A stretch of 59,800 bases of DNA, filler included, from Sphacelaria rigidula (taxonomy: Eukaryota): assembly GCA_964200075.2 (NCBI GenBank). It is 7 parts of 7 records of this genome, joined end to end, with 100 filler letters (N's around TTAATTAATTAA, not from the genome) between each part and the next. Parts side by side here need not be neighbours in the genome. Positions count along the whole stretch, not along the records: positions 42,789 to 51,244 come from CAXNAA020011076.1; positions 51,345 to 59,800 come from CAXNAA020011077.1; 5 more parts are not named here. One strand, 5' to 3'. Shown piece after piece: positions 48,982 to 59,800 of this stretch. Position 1 is the stretch's first letter. The number at the start of each line of letters is the position of its first letter. Position numbers and translations under genes: made by a program. Under the pieces are notes generated by a model that ran no database searches, had not been told where the DNA came from, and was given only the letters and a program-made list of their open reading frames with translations.

Positions 48982-51140
48982 TGTTGGAAGGATGTGCATC
49001 TAGGTTAACCGTGTTTCTTTGGCTTGTATATCCAACGAACATTACTTCGTTTCGGTTAGACAGCGGAACCTACAGGCGGCGCAATTAGACAAATCCATTT
49101 GTCTGCGTTGAGGACTGGCGACGTGTTCCCCGGACACTCCTGCTTTATCGTCTCACCCTTCGACCTAAGTTCATACAAGCGTATCCAACTACAGTACACG
49201 ACCTGCAGGACACGTTGTCAACTAGATCCCGTCTACACGAGATATCAAATACGCTATAGCGTCGTGCCGTCTCGTAGAGTTCTATGGCAGAAGAAAGCAC
49301 CCGTCCAGAAACGAGTGTTCTGGAGATCCAGGTGGTTGAGCTCGTGGAAAAGCTCAAGGCATCCGAAGAGCGTCGAGAGAGAAGTCATGCTCTACTTCGA
49401 GAGTTGTTGAGTACTCGCGATGACACCCAGTGCCGCGGGCAATAGGCCCTGCTGGCGCAGAGGAGATTGAGGCAGGCGGCGCAGAGGCTGCCGCCGCTAG
49501 CAGGCGGCTGGAGACCGTTGCTAGAAATCGAGGAATCCCACACAGTAGTGCCCTTCCCGCTTCTGACGCTTCTGATGTGGTATTTGTGAGGAGAAGTGGG
49601 CTGTCATAAGATTGTAGTAATCTGGTAGGTGACGAGTCGAGGAATCTAGGTGTTCCTGATTTCATGATGTCGCCACGTGATGTATGCCATGTAAAATCGG
49701 GGATCCCCAAATTCGACGGCTTCGATTGTTCATTTCCCCACTTCAAATTTCGATTTGAGGACTTCACAAGGCAGGTTGGCTGTTTATCTATCTTGCCACG
49801 GCACAGTTGATGATACATAAGTAGGAGCTCCCGATTTTAATGGCCATCATCTCGTCAACACGTTAGATATTCCCGTGTCGGAAGTTGAGATGAGAATTTT
49901 GGCGTGGACGTGTTCGGTCGAGAGTGTCTCGAAGATCGACATTCTCACAAAACTCTTTGGACTCAAATCCCCCAATGCCGATTGGAAGTTCCTTGTAGAT
50001 TGGTGCTTGTCAAAGTCCATCGGTGTACTATAATAGAGGATTGGACGGGGAAAATCGAGACTATCAATATGCACAAGGATGAAGAGTCAAGGTACTTCGC
50101 CTGGGTAGATGAAATCTCCAGCGTTGTGGACTCTTTTGGTGTGGTGAAGTCTGAAAATGAGATCATCCAAAAAATCGTGAGAGGATTGTCCGACGATTTT
50201 TCTACAGAACGTAGAAAGTTCAGGTATGAAGAAACGCCTCCCGTCAACTAGTGGAGACCGTTCTGAGGCAGAGGTACCTTGACCTCCCAAGAGCAAATAA
50301 GGCCGATCAGGCTTTGTTTGCTAGTGGCACATCTCATGCAAACTACAGCAGTAGAAGTGGTAAATTTCGGGGTGTTCCATCTCGTGAAAGGAGGGGAGGA
50401 ACGCGCGGTGGTGGCCGTGGCGGCAGCACCCGAGGTACAGGGACAGACAGTGACAAAAACAATAACAGCAGTGCTGGCGGCAACAACAGCCATGCCGGCC
50501 GCAACAACAACAGTAACGGTCACCCGTCCACTTCCTCTTCAACTCCAAGAAAAGGCCTCCGGAAAAATATAAGGCTGCCCGGACATTGCTGGGCGGACTG
50601 TCGTGCGCGTGTTATCCAATCCCCGAGCCAGATGTCTTCTACTACAGACGACAACGGTAAGAGAGTTGCATGCGTCGTCCTTGGCTGGTTAGTGACTGTA
50701 GTGCCAAAGCTAGTCAAGAGTTCCGATTGGAAAGCTGCGGGTTGGAGAAATGGCGTGGGGGTAGTGCTGCAACGTTTCACATGACAGGTTCAAATGGGTT
50801 AATGTGTAACACTCGTCTATCCAATGATAAGATGGGAACGTCGGTACGGTAACTGTTGTTTTTCCGAGTGAAACTGGGGATGTGACATTGAGGCTTGAAG
50901 ATGTTGCTTATGTACCGGAGTTGAAATTCAATTGTTCTCTTCCTTTGCTGCTCACCAAAATAAAGTGTATTTCAAGCCAGAGGAAGATGAGGTCACATTC
51001 AGTCTTCTCGATGGCAGACTCAAGTTTCCGTTCGATGGTGCATCCTTTTGTAAGCTTGGCTACCGGATAGACTGCAATGACGTCATTTCCCCCGTCAGAA
51101 GTGTTGCCCATGATAAAAGTACAGGTGAGGCACTTTCCTG
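48982..51140 (+). mobile_element. Degenerate Ty1/Copia element: LTR (48982-49251), gag (ATG 49284), Zn-knuckle remnant and protease
   Basis: LTR TGTTGGA...TCAAATA. Gag AWTCSVESVS..ILTKLFGLKSP..WKFLVDW and IIQKIVRGLSDDF. GHCWADC knuckle remnant, SAATFHMTG protease remnant and LEDVAYVPELKFN. Many stops and frameshifts. Confidence 0.85.
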
Positions 51141-51244
51141 ATGTGGCGCAAACTGCTGTTCCAGTTCCTTGTGTGTGTTGTGTTGTCGTCCCATTTATGC
51201 TGGGCGCCAGTCTACCCCTTTCGGGATATGTGGGCGCATCAGCC

Positions 51245-51344
51245 NNNNNNNNNNNNNNNNNNNNNNNNNNNNNNNNNNNNNNNNNNNNTTAATTAATTAA
51301 NNNNNNNNNNNNNNNNNNNNNNNNNNNNNNNNNNNNNNNNNNNN
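51245..51344. other. Artificial contig spacer
   Basis: N44-TTAATTAATTAA-N44. Confidence 0.99.
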
Positions 51345-52264
51345 GGCTATCGATGGATGGCTCACCAAACCTATTGATCACGGCAATGGCTATCGTATAT
51401 ACGACCCAGAATCTATTGCGGTACACCATTTCCATCGATGACGAGTGATCTTCATCTATTGCAATTGCCATAGGCTATCGATCGACTATTGCAACGTCTA
51501 TTGTTCCTTGCAATGTTTATCAATAGATGTCTTTCACCATCTATCGTGTTCGATAATATATATCGATAGATTTTTCCCCGTGTCTATTGCTGAAGCAATG
51601 GACTATTATTGTGTCCATTGTCCAGGGTGTGGTTTTTTGCCTCGAAGGCTTTTTTTGTGGGCCAGGGACAGGGTACACTAGCTATGCAGTGACATCACTC
51701 CCGGCGACAGCCCCCCCACACTGGTCGTTCTGATGTGGTCGATATATTTCGCGCCGCCCTGATTGGACAGGTCGCTCCCAGACCTGTTTATTTTCATTTT
51801 ACGAACACATGGTAAACCCCTTGTTGGTGAGCTTCAGTCCCAAAAGGGTTAACTTCACTTTACCTCGAGATTTTCATCTGCGGCAAAGTTCTGTCCGGCC
51901 AGAACGTGAAGGACGGGGAGTTTGGCGTCTCAGCTGCACAGACCAAGTTGATTTATCTTTTCAGCTACTGCGTGTATCATGCATGGGCATCTGAGTGGGG
52001 GGCGTGACACCGACTTTCATGGGAAAGAGTCTCCATTCTGCGAAGACTCGACTTTCTTCAAAATCGGGGGACTCATATACACTACAGTGTTGTTCCTTTT
52101 CCATATTATGGAGGCTATGTGTTGAAAAAATGAATAAATGGAGCTTCAATTTTTTTTCGGGGCCTTCAATTTATTTTCAGGGGGGGGCGAGACGTCCGAG
52201 CGTTCTCGTAAAAAAGATGTTCTTACCATCTTCAAACGCCCAAAATCAGTAAAAAATATATGTA

Positions 52265-53590
52265 CGAGCTGGGCCGGCCTAAAAATGGATTCAAGCCCTA
52301 AATGCTATGTCTCATCGATACCGGCGAGTTGGGCAGTGATCCGCATATCGTATTAATCGTCTAATCAAGTGGAAGATGCCCATCTGCTCAAAATTTTGGG
52401 CCCATACTTTCTTGTTGATTAAACCCCATGTCAAGTAATTCCTATACCTAAGGGAGATATCGCCAATACTAAAATCTCTATGAAACTCCCGATCGATGCA
52501 TTCAGCGGATGGCGACGAAAATTGGTGCGGAGAACCACAAAAGAGTGCCGAATAAAATAAAATAAATGGGACTTCATTTTTATATTTTTTTATAGAGTTT
52601 AGGGCGTTCTAGTGAATAAATGGTCTTCGCCATGGTAGAACGCCCTAAACCAGTGACATGAATTGAAAAAAATCAACCTGGCTCACTTTGTTTTGTTGGT
52701 CATGCCTTAAAGAGCGCCCACACAAACTTTCAATACACGAAAACCAAACATGGGCCGGTGAGTGGCCTGCGAAATACTGTTGCGAATTTCTACTGACCCA
52801 GTTTTTGAAAGACCCATGCTTCCGCGAGTATTTAGAGTTGGACCCTGGAATTTGATATGGACAATGTATAAGGCATGAAGAAAAAATTACAGGAGCACCA
52901 GAGTTTTTTTTTTTTCCGTGAGTTTTGGGCAAAAATCACTTTTCAGGTGTCAGTAGAATGCCTTCAACTCATGAAAAAAAGAAAAAAAACTCTGGTGCTC
53001 CTGTAATTTTTTCTTCATGCCCTATTCATTGTCCATACCAAATTTCAGTGTCCAACTCTGAATACACGCGGGAGCATGGGCTGCAAACCTCAAATCCGCC
53101 TTTAGGCTGCCCCAGCTCGTATGAATACCAACCTGACCCACTTTGTTTGATTCACTATGCCCTAGCGAGGGCCCACACAAAATTCAACTCACAAACACCA
53201 AAACGTAGGCCGGTGAGTGGCCTGCACAATACTGTTCCGAATGTCTGCCGACTTGGTCACCAAACGGCCCATTCGCCGGCCAATATTTAGATCCAAACTC
53301 AAAAACTTGGCATGGACCATGACTAGGGCATGGTGAAAACACTTACCCGTGCAAACAAGTATATATATATATATATATATGCATTTCATTACTTGAAGAC
53401 AAAACGGTTTTTCAGGTATCAGTAAAATGCCATCAAATCATGAAAAGAAAAAAAATCTTTGTGTGCACTGATGTTTTTAATTATGATGCCCTACTCATTG
53501 TCTATTCCAAATTTTAGGGTCCAACTGTGAAAATTGGCCGGCGAATGGGTCTCCAAACTACGAATCTGCATCTAGGCTGGCCCAGCTCTC
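52265..53590 (-). mobile_element. Family C TIR element (52265-53119, TA-flanked) followed by a partial second copy
   Basis: TA|CGAGCTGGGCCGGCC...GCCCCAGCTCG|TA; reverse complement of 26819-28010. Confidence 0.82.
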
Positions 53591-55374
53591 AAGTACTGCA
53601 CCAAGTAACGTTTGGGAGAATCAGAGGTTATTACATTATGAAAAACAATAATATTGACCCCCATTCGTTCGAAGCTTCCTGTTTTTTTCGTCATAGGAAC
53701 GGCCGTTACTCGTCGAGGCAGTAAAAGGAGCAAATAAGGAGCAAGCAAGGTGGCTTGTCTGTCCACAACAACCAACAAACACTTCGGCCCCCTCAGAGGA
53801 AACATAGAACTGAATTTGAGTAATGCCGCGATTTCCCCTCCTCCGTCTCGAAAGAGATGCGTGGTCAACGGTCAAACGACTAAGGCAAGCAAAAAATCAG
53901 TACGCCCCCCCCCCCCCCCCAATAAACGTAATTGGCGCCCAAATGTTCGAGGTGTCTCTTTTAGGAATAGGAACGGTGATCCGTCCGCACCCTGGACAAA
54001 AGAATGCACAAGTCAAGAAGTGTACTGCATACAGTTTCAACTATTGCGCCTATTGCAATAGACAAAATATTCCATACTGTACGCAGTGCAATTTTTCACA
54101 ATAGAATCTCTTGTCCAGGGTGTGGACCCGTCTCGAAAGGCATTCGTCGTCAATGGTCAAACGACTGAGGCATGCAGCAAATGAATACCCTCCCCCGTCA
54201 ACCAGTCCCAAAACTGTGGCGAACAAAATGACCACTCAGCGCATAACGGCTGATTTCCAGTACGTATGAAGCACCTCACAACGGCGACATTAGCGAAAAC
54301 GATGGCAATCGTGGGAGTTCACAGGTGGCCGGTACACTCAGCGTTTGTAATTTTGATTGACGTAAAACTTTCGCGCTCAAACCAGCCACTTTTGTGGAGG
54401 AGGTTATAGCGGCATCACTCAATGCAGCGATTGATGGTGTTGGAACAGCGGTGTTTCCTTCCGCACACAGTTGGAAGAAATCTGGAAATCTCAACGGGCG
54501 AGCCTCAAACGCGAAGCCGGAATGAGCATACATCGACATCTACAGCGGACGCGTATCACGCCTAGCGCTACCTCTTCGTCATAAACACACGTTATTGTTC
54601 GTTCCACGGCAACCGGGTCGCTTTTGGAAGATGATCGGCCGTTCCTGTCGCGGAAGCTGCTGACGGTGGAGTCCGTAGTCGTTTGAGAGTGTGTTGCACG
54701 GGGCGACGTCGACAAGAATTATGTCAAGTCGTGATGGTATGGACCGGTTTCACGGAAGCAGCAATGTCGTATTCAGTTCATCAATACGCACGAGTTGAGC
54801 TATTCACTGTCTATCTCACGACAGTGGGATCATAGCTTGATGCGTGCGTGTGTCGCAGGTGCAGGCTGTGTAGCAGGTGCGTATCACAGCAACGGTCACT
54901 ACGCCAGTGCTGCATGTTCCCTCGGCGGCGAACAGCCCATACACGTCTTTGCGAGTAGCCGAGAAAATTCCAAAAAAATCTCGCAAAAAAGCGCCACCCC
55001 CTCAAGATGAAACGCCGCCGCATTTTTTCGCAGGGGGGGGGGGGCACGGAGTGTTGTGGTGGTGGACTGTTATATCGAACCCACGCTCATGAATACACAT
55101 ACCGCGCGTGCGTGCCCAGGAACCTCATATTGTGGTGACAAGGTAAAAAGCGTGGGTCCTTGCGTTTTCTACTCTCATTTTACACATTGCCGCTGCGCTG
55201 CAGGGCAAGTTATTTGGACCTGGTTGCGGTGGGGGCCAAAGCGATGGCTGAACGACGGAGCGGTTCACTCGTTGTATCCCGTAATTTGTGCCGTTCGTTT
55301 TCGTGTCCCGTTTTCGGCAGCTTCCTTTGCCGTTTGCCAACGGTCGCGCGGGGTGTCGATCACTCCGCAGACGT

Positions 55375-55540
55375 CTCGAGTCTCCAGACCGTAGAAGGAG
55401 GTGAAAATAGGCGTGGGCTCTTGTGTCTCCGGCCCGCAGAAAGGGGCAATAACAAGCGTGGGCTCTCGCGTCTCCAGGCCGTAAAAACATGTAAGAAGAC
55501 GCATTGGCTCTTGCGTCTTCAGCCGTAAGAAGAGGTGAAA
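55375..55540. repeat. Degenerate minisatellite of about 45 bp (about 3.5 units)
   Basis: ggctct(c/t)g(c/t)gtctcc..ccgta recurs. Confidence 0.75.
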
Positions 55541-56067
55541 AGAAGGGTTGGAGAAGTTCTTCTTCCCCTCGGTTTTGTGCTGTGCGCTGGGTTGGACGGG
55601 GGCTGTGGAAGGCCCATATTGGTCAAATAGAGGTACACTTCGGACATAATATAAGACAGCATAAGACACGATGAGGTACAAGATAAATTTAGTACTGTTC
55701 GCTGGGCACACCTACCCTATTGTCGGACAAAACGGGGTACACTGCAAGGCCCTTGTGTCCCGCGGCGATGTTTCGCAAAAGAGCGTTTTTTTTCGCGAAA
55801 GTTGCTGCACATGCTCTGCATGAACTGTGGGCGCCTTCGCGTGGGGGTTGATTTCGAATGGTTTAGGCCTAGCACATACAGCTCCAACTTGCGCGGTTGC
55901 ATACAGCTTTAGCCGAAAAATGAGGGACTGAGCCTACTTTGACTTTTGCCCTGAAAGCAATCTCGTTTTTAGCCTGGCCCACCTCGCGCAGATCGAGATT
56001 TTTGACTGCCATTATCAGTGACTCTTTTACCGGATGAGGCCGCTCCTCATGGCAAGCAGAAGAAAGC

Positions 56068-56458
56068 CCTGTCAAAACGTTTTTTTTTATCGTTCGTAGA
56101 TTTACGCCCTGACAGAGCGCTAGCCGGAGTTTGACACCATGGAATGACTTGCTCCACTCGTTCAGACGGTTTCAGGACGCCTCCGCGTTCCGCAGTTTTT
56201 TCGGCCAAACTTGTATTTTGTCTAGAAATGGTTGAAAACGATCAAATCTAGAAAAAAATACCATTTCCTGTAGACTTAGCCGTCTCTGGACAAAAATGCG
56301 TGGTTGACCGAAAAATAACTGCCGCCATCGGAAAACGCGTAGATGTGTCTGCAACCGTCTGAACGAGTAGAGCAAGTCATCACCAAGTGTCAAACTCCGC
56401 CTAGCTCTCTTTCAGGCCGTGAAACAACGGACGAGGGCCGAAACAACATTTTTACAGG
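56068..56458. repeat. Fold-back element (CCTGT...ACAGG ends)
   Basis: ggagtttgacac...atgacttgctc.actcgttcagacggtt / aaccgtctgaacgagt.gagcaagtcat...gtgtcaaactcc. Confidence 0.8.
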
Positions 56459-57459
56459 ACGTTGGTTATTGTGTGCCTACAAAAGCGGCCTGAGAGAAAA
56501 AATCGTTGATATTTTCATTTTCTTATCTTGGAAACGCGATATATCTTTTATGGCGACACAAGTCTCGACTTGTACGCAGATCGAGGGAGCTCAGGTGTAC
56601 TTGCTCCGGTGTACTACCTGTCTATTCTTCGGCTTCATGCGTGAGCGATGCCACACCCCTGCAGAAAACGACCCTGCATGTACAGAACTATCTCGAAAAT
56701 CTGTTGGACCCTGATGGGACCCCCGCAAATCTGACTTTCGCAGTTCTGAGTCGCCTCAGTTTTGCACAGATTGGGCTATCTGCAAAATGGGATTTGTCCC
56801 CAAAATAGACGGCCGAAGACGCTTTTTTACGATCAGTGTTTTCCAGTCGCATTTGCATCAACATACCATGAAGAAATACGGCTGGAAAATACAACGAGAA
56901 ATTTTGACCCTTCGTTACCGTTCCAAAATAGAGGTACATGTTGTGTCGTTCGGAAGGAGTGTATGGTTTTTGAATCTATATTTTCGGAGGTTTTGTACTG
57001 CTTGCATTGTCCATGAGCGTGGACGCAAGCGGGTCGCCCATCCTACCACGCAATTCCGTCGCCAACCCCTACTACAAAAAATATGCTCAACTGTTCATCA
57101 ACGAAAAATAAGCACATCATCCTCAACTTCTTCGGTGTATTTATCCCTGTGCCCAACCCGTGCTCTGTGCCCGAGGATTGCGGTGGTGATCGAGAATGAG
57201 GTGTCTGTGGGTATGCATGGTTTTGTGAACGAGTAGCATCTGGCGTGGTGGTCGGCATAATACGAGTCAATGTCTCCTTCGTACCTTTTCCCACATGTTT
57301 TCGATCGAAGAAGCCTCCCTTTATTTTTACATGTTTCCTGTTCGCGCGTCACGAATTTTGAAAGATAGTTGAACCAGCTGGGAGCAGAAATGCCGTGGAC
57401 CTATCAAATCATATTTTTTATTCTCAACCTCGTTTTTCGATCGAAAAAAATGTGCCAAG

Positions 57460-57937
57460 GCCGCTTCTTCTGGCAAATAAATATAAAAACTCTGGGAAAC
57501 TGCTTTTTTTTATAGCCTTCGCATCGTCTTACTCCCTAAAAGAGAGCCACGTAGGTTTTGACACCTCGAGATCTCTTGCTGTACTCGTTGCGTTGGTTCC
57601 AACACACCAGTGCGTCTTCCCGGTGGCCGCGTTTTTTTTCTTGGCCAAACTTGCATTTTTCTCGGAGATCGTTCATTTTTGGAGACCGGCCAAGTCCACA
57701 CAAATTTCGGGAATATTTCTGCATGTGAGCGGTCTCCGAGAAAAATGTTAGTTTGAGGAAAAAGAAAACTGCGGCGACCGGAAGAACGCACAGGTGTGCT
57801 GGAACAGTCTTGATTGGTACAGCAAGGCATTCCAAGGTGCCAAAATCGACCTGGCTCTTGTTTAGGGCGGAAAATGACGTAAAAGCTTCACAAGCCGGCT
57901 TTCCAGATGTTTATTCTTGTTCGCCATGAGAAACGGC
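57460..57937. repeat. Fold-back element related to 56068-56458
   Basis: ttttgacacct...gttccaacacacc.gtgcgt / acgcacaggtgtgctggaac...aggtgccaaaa. Confidence 0.7.
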
Positions 57938-59341
57938 CGAAGAAATACCCTGCCTGTTCGCATTACTGACAAGGGGACAAGGAGCACCAACATTGTGTTG
58001 ATACTTTGTATGCCGCTGACAATCCCGCGCACAATTTTTTGGAGGCGGGCAGGGGTGTGTGTTCGGGAGATGTGGGAAATGCCGGGCGTGAACCGTTGTA
58101 TCATTATGAATTATTTGATCATGGATTTCGAATATTGACGCAGTCATCACCAAGCCCCTTCCACATAATCCGAGCCATCTGTGCGGAGTTTCACCTACCC
58201 CAAAAGACTGCTCTATGTTTCAGTCTTGGCCTGCACCCGCTGTGTGGACTGCACACAGTCGAAACAGATCACCTGCAACGCATCGATGCAGTATAACGGT
58301 ATGCAACTGTTTAGTGCGATAGTCCATGTTTCCATCCGCTCGGCGGAAACCTTGCATGAAGACCCAAGGAGACATGCTGGGAACCGCGAGCAGGAAGCGA
58401 TGATGACCACCGTTGAGAGAGCGAGGGAGAAGACCGGTAGGAGATCTCATTGATGATGGTGCCGATGGAAATGACCATGCGGTGAGGAACGGAGCCAATA
58501 ATACACGAGTGTATGGAGCTATCGACATCATCAGGTGAGCTCCAACGTGCGACATACGCACACATGAGGCCGCACACATTGCACAGCCCCCTCCCACATA
58601 GGATGTACCGCAGTGCACCCCTCATAGCCCAATACATACGCGTAGCAGATACATGAGCATAGCACTTTTGGGCAGACAGTTTCGAGACAACCCATCACGA
58701 TCGGCTATCGAACGGTCGGGCCCGTGCCTACTGTGATCCGTAGTTGAGCGCAGAACAGCGCACACAGTAGGACATCTATACACAAGTCAGTACTGTTCTT
58801 GTAGTCAGATCATTGGGTCGAACGGGGGCAACACTTTTACGAGATGCGCAGCACACGATACCAACGGCAGTACAGACAGCACAGTGTGCCGTATACAATG
58901 GTACGATTCGCGAGATGAAACATTTCAACGTCTCACGCAGTTATGATGGGTTGAAATCACGCTGAACAAACCTTGCCGTGTATCAGTGTACTTGCTGTAT
59001 ATGTCTGTAAATGCTTGCCATGTCCCGATGGGCTGACTGAATTGTCGGTACTGCCTGCACGAAAGTCATGTTATCTAGGGCCTAGGGTAGCCCACACAGC
59101 ACAGCTAGCGTCCTGCACAAGATCAGCCCGTACAATCCAGTACCGTGCCGTACAGCCCGCACAGTACAAATAGCATTCAGTTAAAGATCAGCTCGCACAG
59201 CCGAGCACGGCACCGTACAGCCCACACAGTACAGCTAGTGTCTAGCACAAAATTATTTCGCACAGCTATTTTAGCCTTGCCCATTGCTCGGGGTAGCTCT
59301 CGCAGTATAGCTCGCGTCCAGCATGAAATAAGCGAGGGCGG

Positions 59342-59342
59342 G

Positions 59343-59397
<55 letters not shown>
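59342..59397. repeat. (GTT)n microsatellite, about 18 units
   Basis: Direct reading. Confidence 0.98.
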
Positions 59398-59559
59398 ATG
59401 TTGTATGTTGTTGCTGCGACGAGTCATACTTTAAGTACTCAAATTTTGAGCAGAGCGTTCGAGGTCGTACTCAATCTACTCATTTTTTTAGAGTAGAGGA
59501 TTTGAGATCATACTCAATCTACCAAAAATGTGAGTCGAGTATTTGAGACCGTACTCGAA

Positions 59560-59725
59560 TTCGACTGAACGGTCGACAAGTGAAAGGGACTGCTGAACCC
59601 CTCTCGCGTTAAAAACTAAAAGGCGAGCACCGCAGAAGGAAGGTGAGGTACTAAAAACAAATAAAAATAAAAAGCTCCTGTGTTGGCCTTCCTCCTGTGT
59701 GACCCCGGCTGATGCGCCCACATAC
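59560..59725 (+). mobile_element. SINE 3' half
   Basis: ctcctgtgttggccttcctcctgtgtgaccccggctgatgcgcccacata, matching the tails of the 12897 and 23735 copies. Confidence 0.78.
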
Positions 59726-59800
59726 AGTAGTCAGCGTCAGAAGTATGCAGAATCCGTAATTTCTTAGTTCCTCAAAGATTGTCCAAATTTGTTTTGCTTG

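Noticed and set aside
699..51140. Functional linkage among the Gypsy, SPS and Copia regions as one system
   Set aside because: They lie on separate, artificially joined contigs.
55375..55540. Repeat-spacer (CRISPR-like) pattern
   Set aside because: The variable parts are alignable, so this is a degenerate minisatellite.
58340..58481. RKR**PP read as another stop-interrupted exon
   Set aside because: An alternative open frame (HEDPRRHAGNREQEAMMTTVERAREKT) with donor G|GTAGGA explains it without stops.
59145..59546. ORF with a poly-Leu 'transmembrane' segment
   Set aside because: The poly-Leu comes from the (GTT)n microsatellite.

Overview
This is eukaryotic, intron-rich and very repeat-rich nuclear DNA, most likely from a stramenopile and probably a brown alga. 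That assignment is inferred from a signal-peptide plus 'STA-F' bipartite plastid presequence, long GT-AG introns and TTAGGG-type repeats. The window is not one locus. It is seven contigs of 8459, 8458, 8458, 8457, 8456, 8456 and 8456 bp, sorted by size and joined by 100-bp N44-TTAATTAATTAA-N44 spacers, so nothing should be linked across spacers. Contig 1 holds a Ty3/Gypsy integrase with a chromodomain plus an extra Tudor/PWWP-like C-terminal module, next to an inverted degenerate copy. Contig 5 holds the first three exons of a plastid-targeted long-chain trans-prenyltransferase (solanesyl diphosphate synthase-like). Contig 3 holds the 5' exons of a possible golgin-like gene. Contigs 2, 4, 6 and 7 hold exon fragments of poorly defined genes, some with in-frame stops. 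Contig 6 holds a Ty1/Copia relic arranged as nested fold-backs. Many non-autonomous elements are present. The most unusual is an array of about 100-bp piggyBac-type MITEs stacked at shared TTAA sites. Others are a TA-flanked CGAGCTGGGCC-terminal family carrying a tRNA-like cassette, a MITE with 4-bp TSDs, tRNA-derived SINEs and fold-back palindromes. No CRISPR array, rRNA or intact tRNA is supported.
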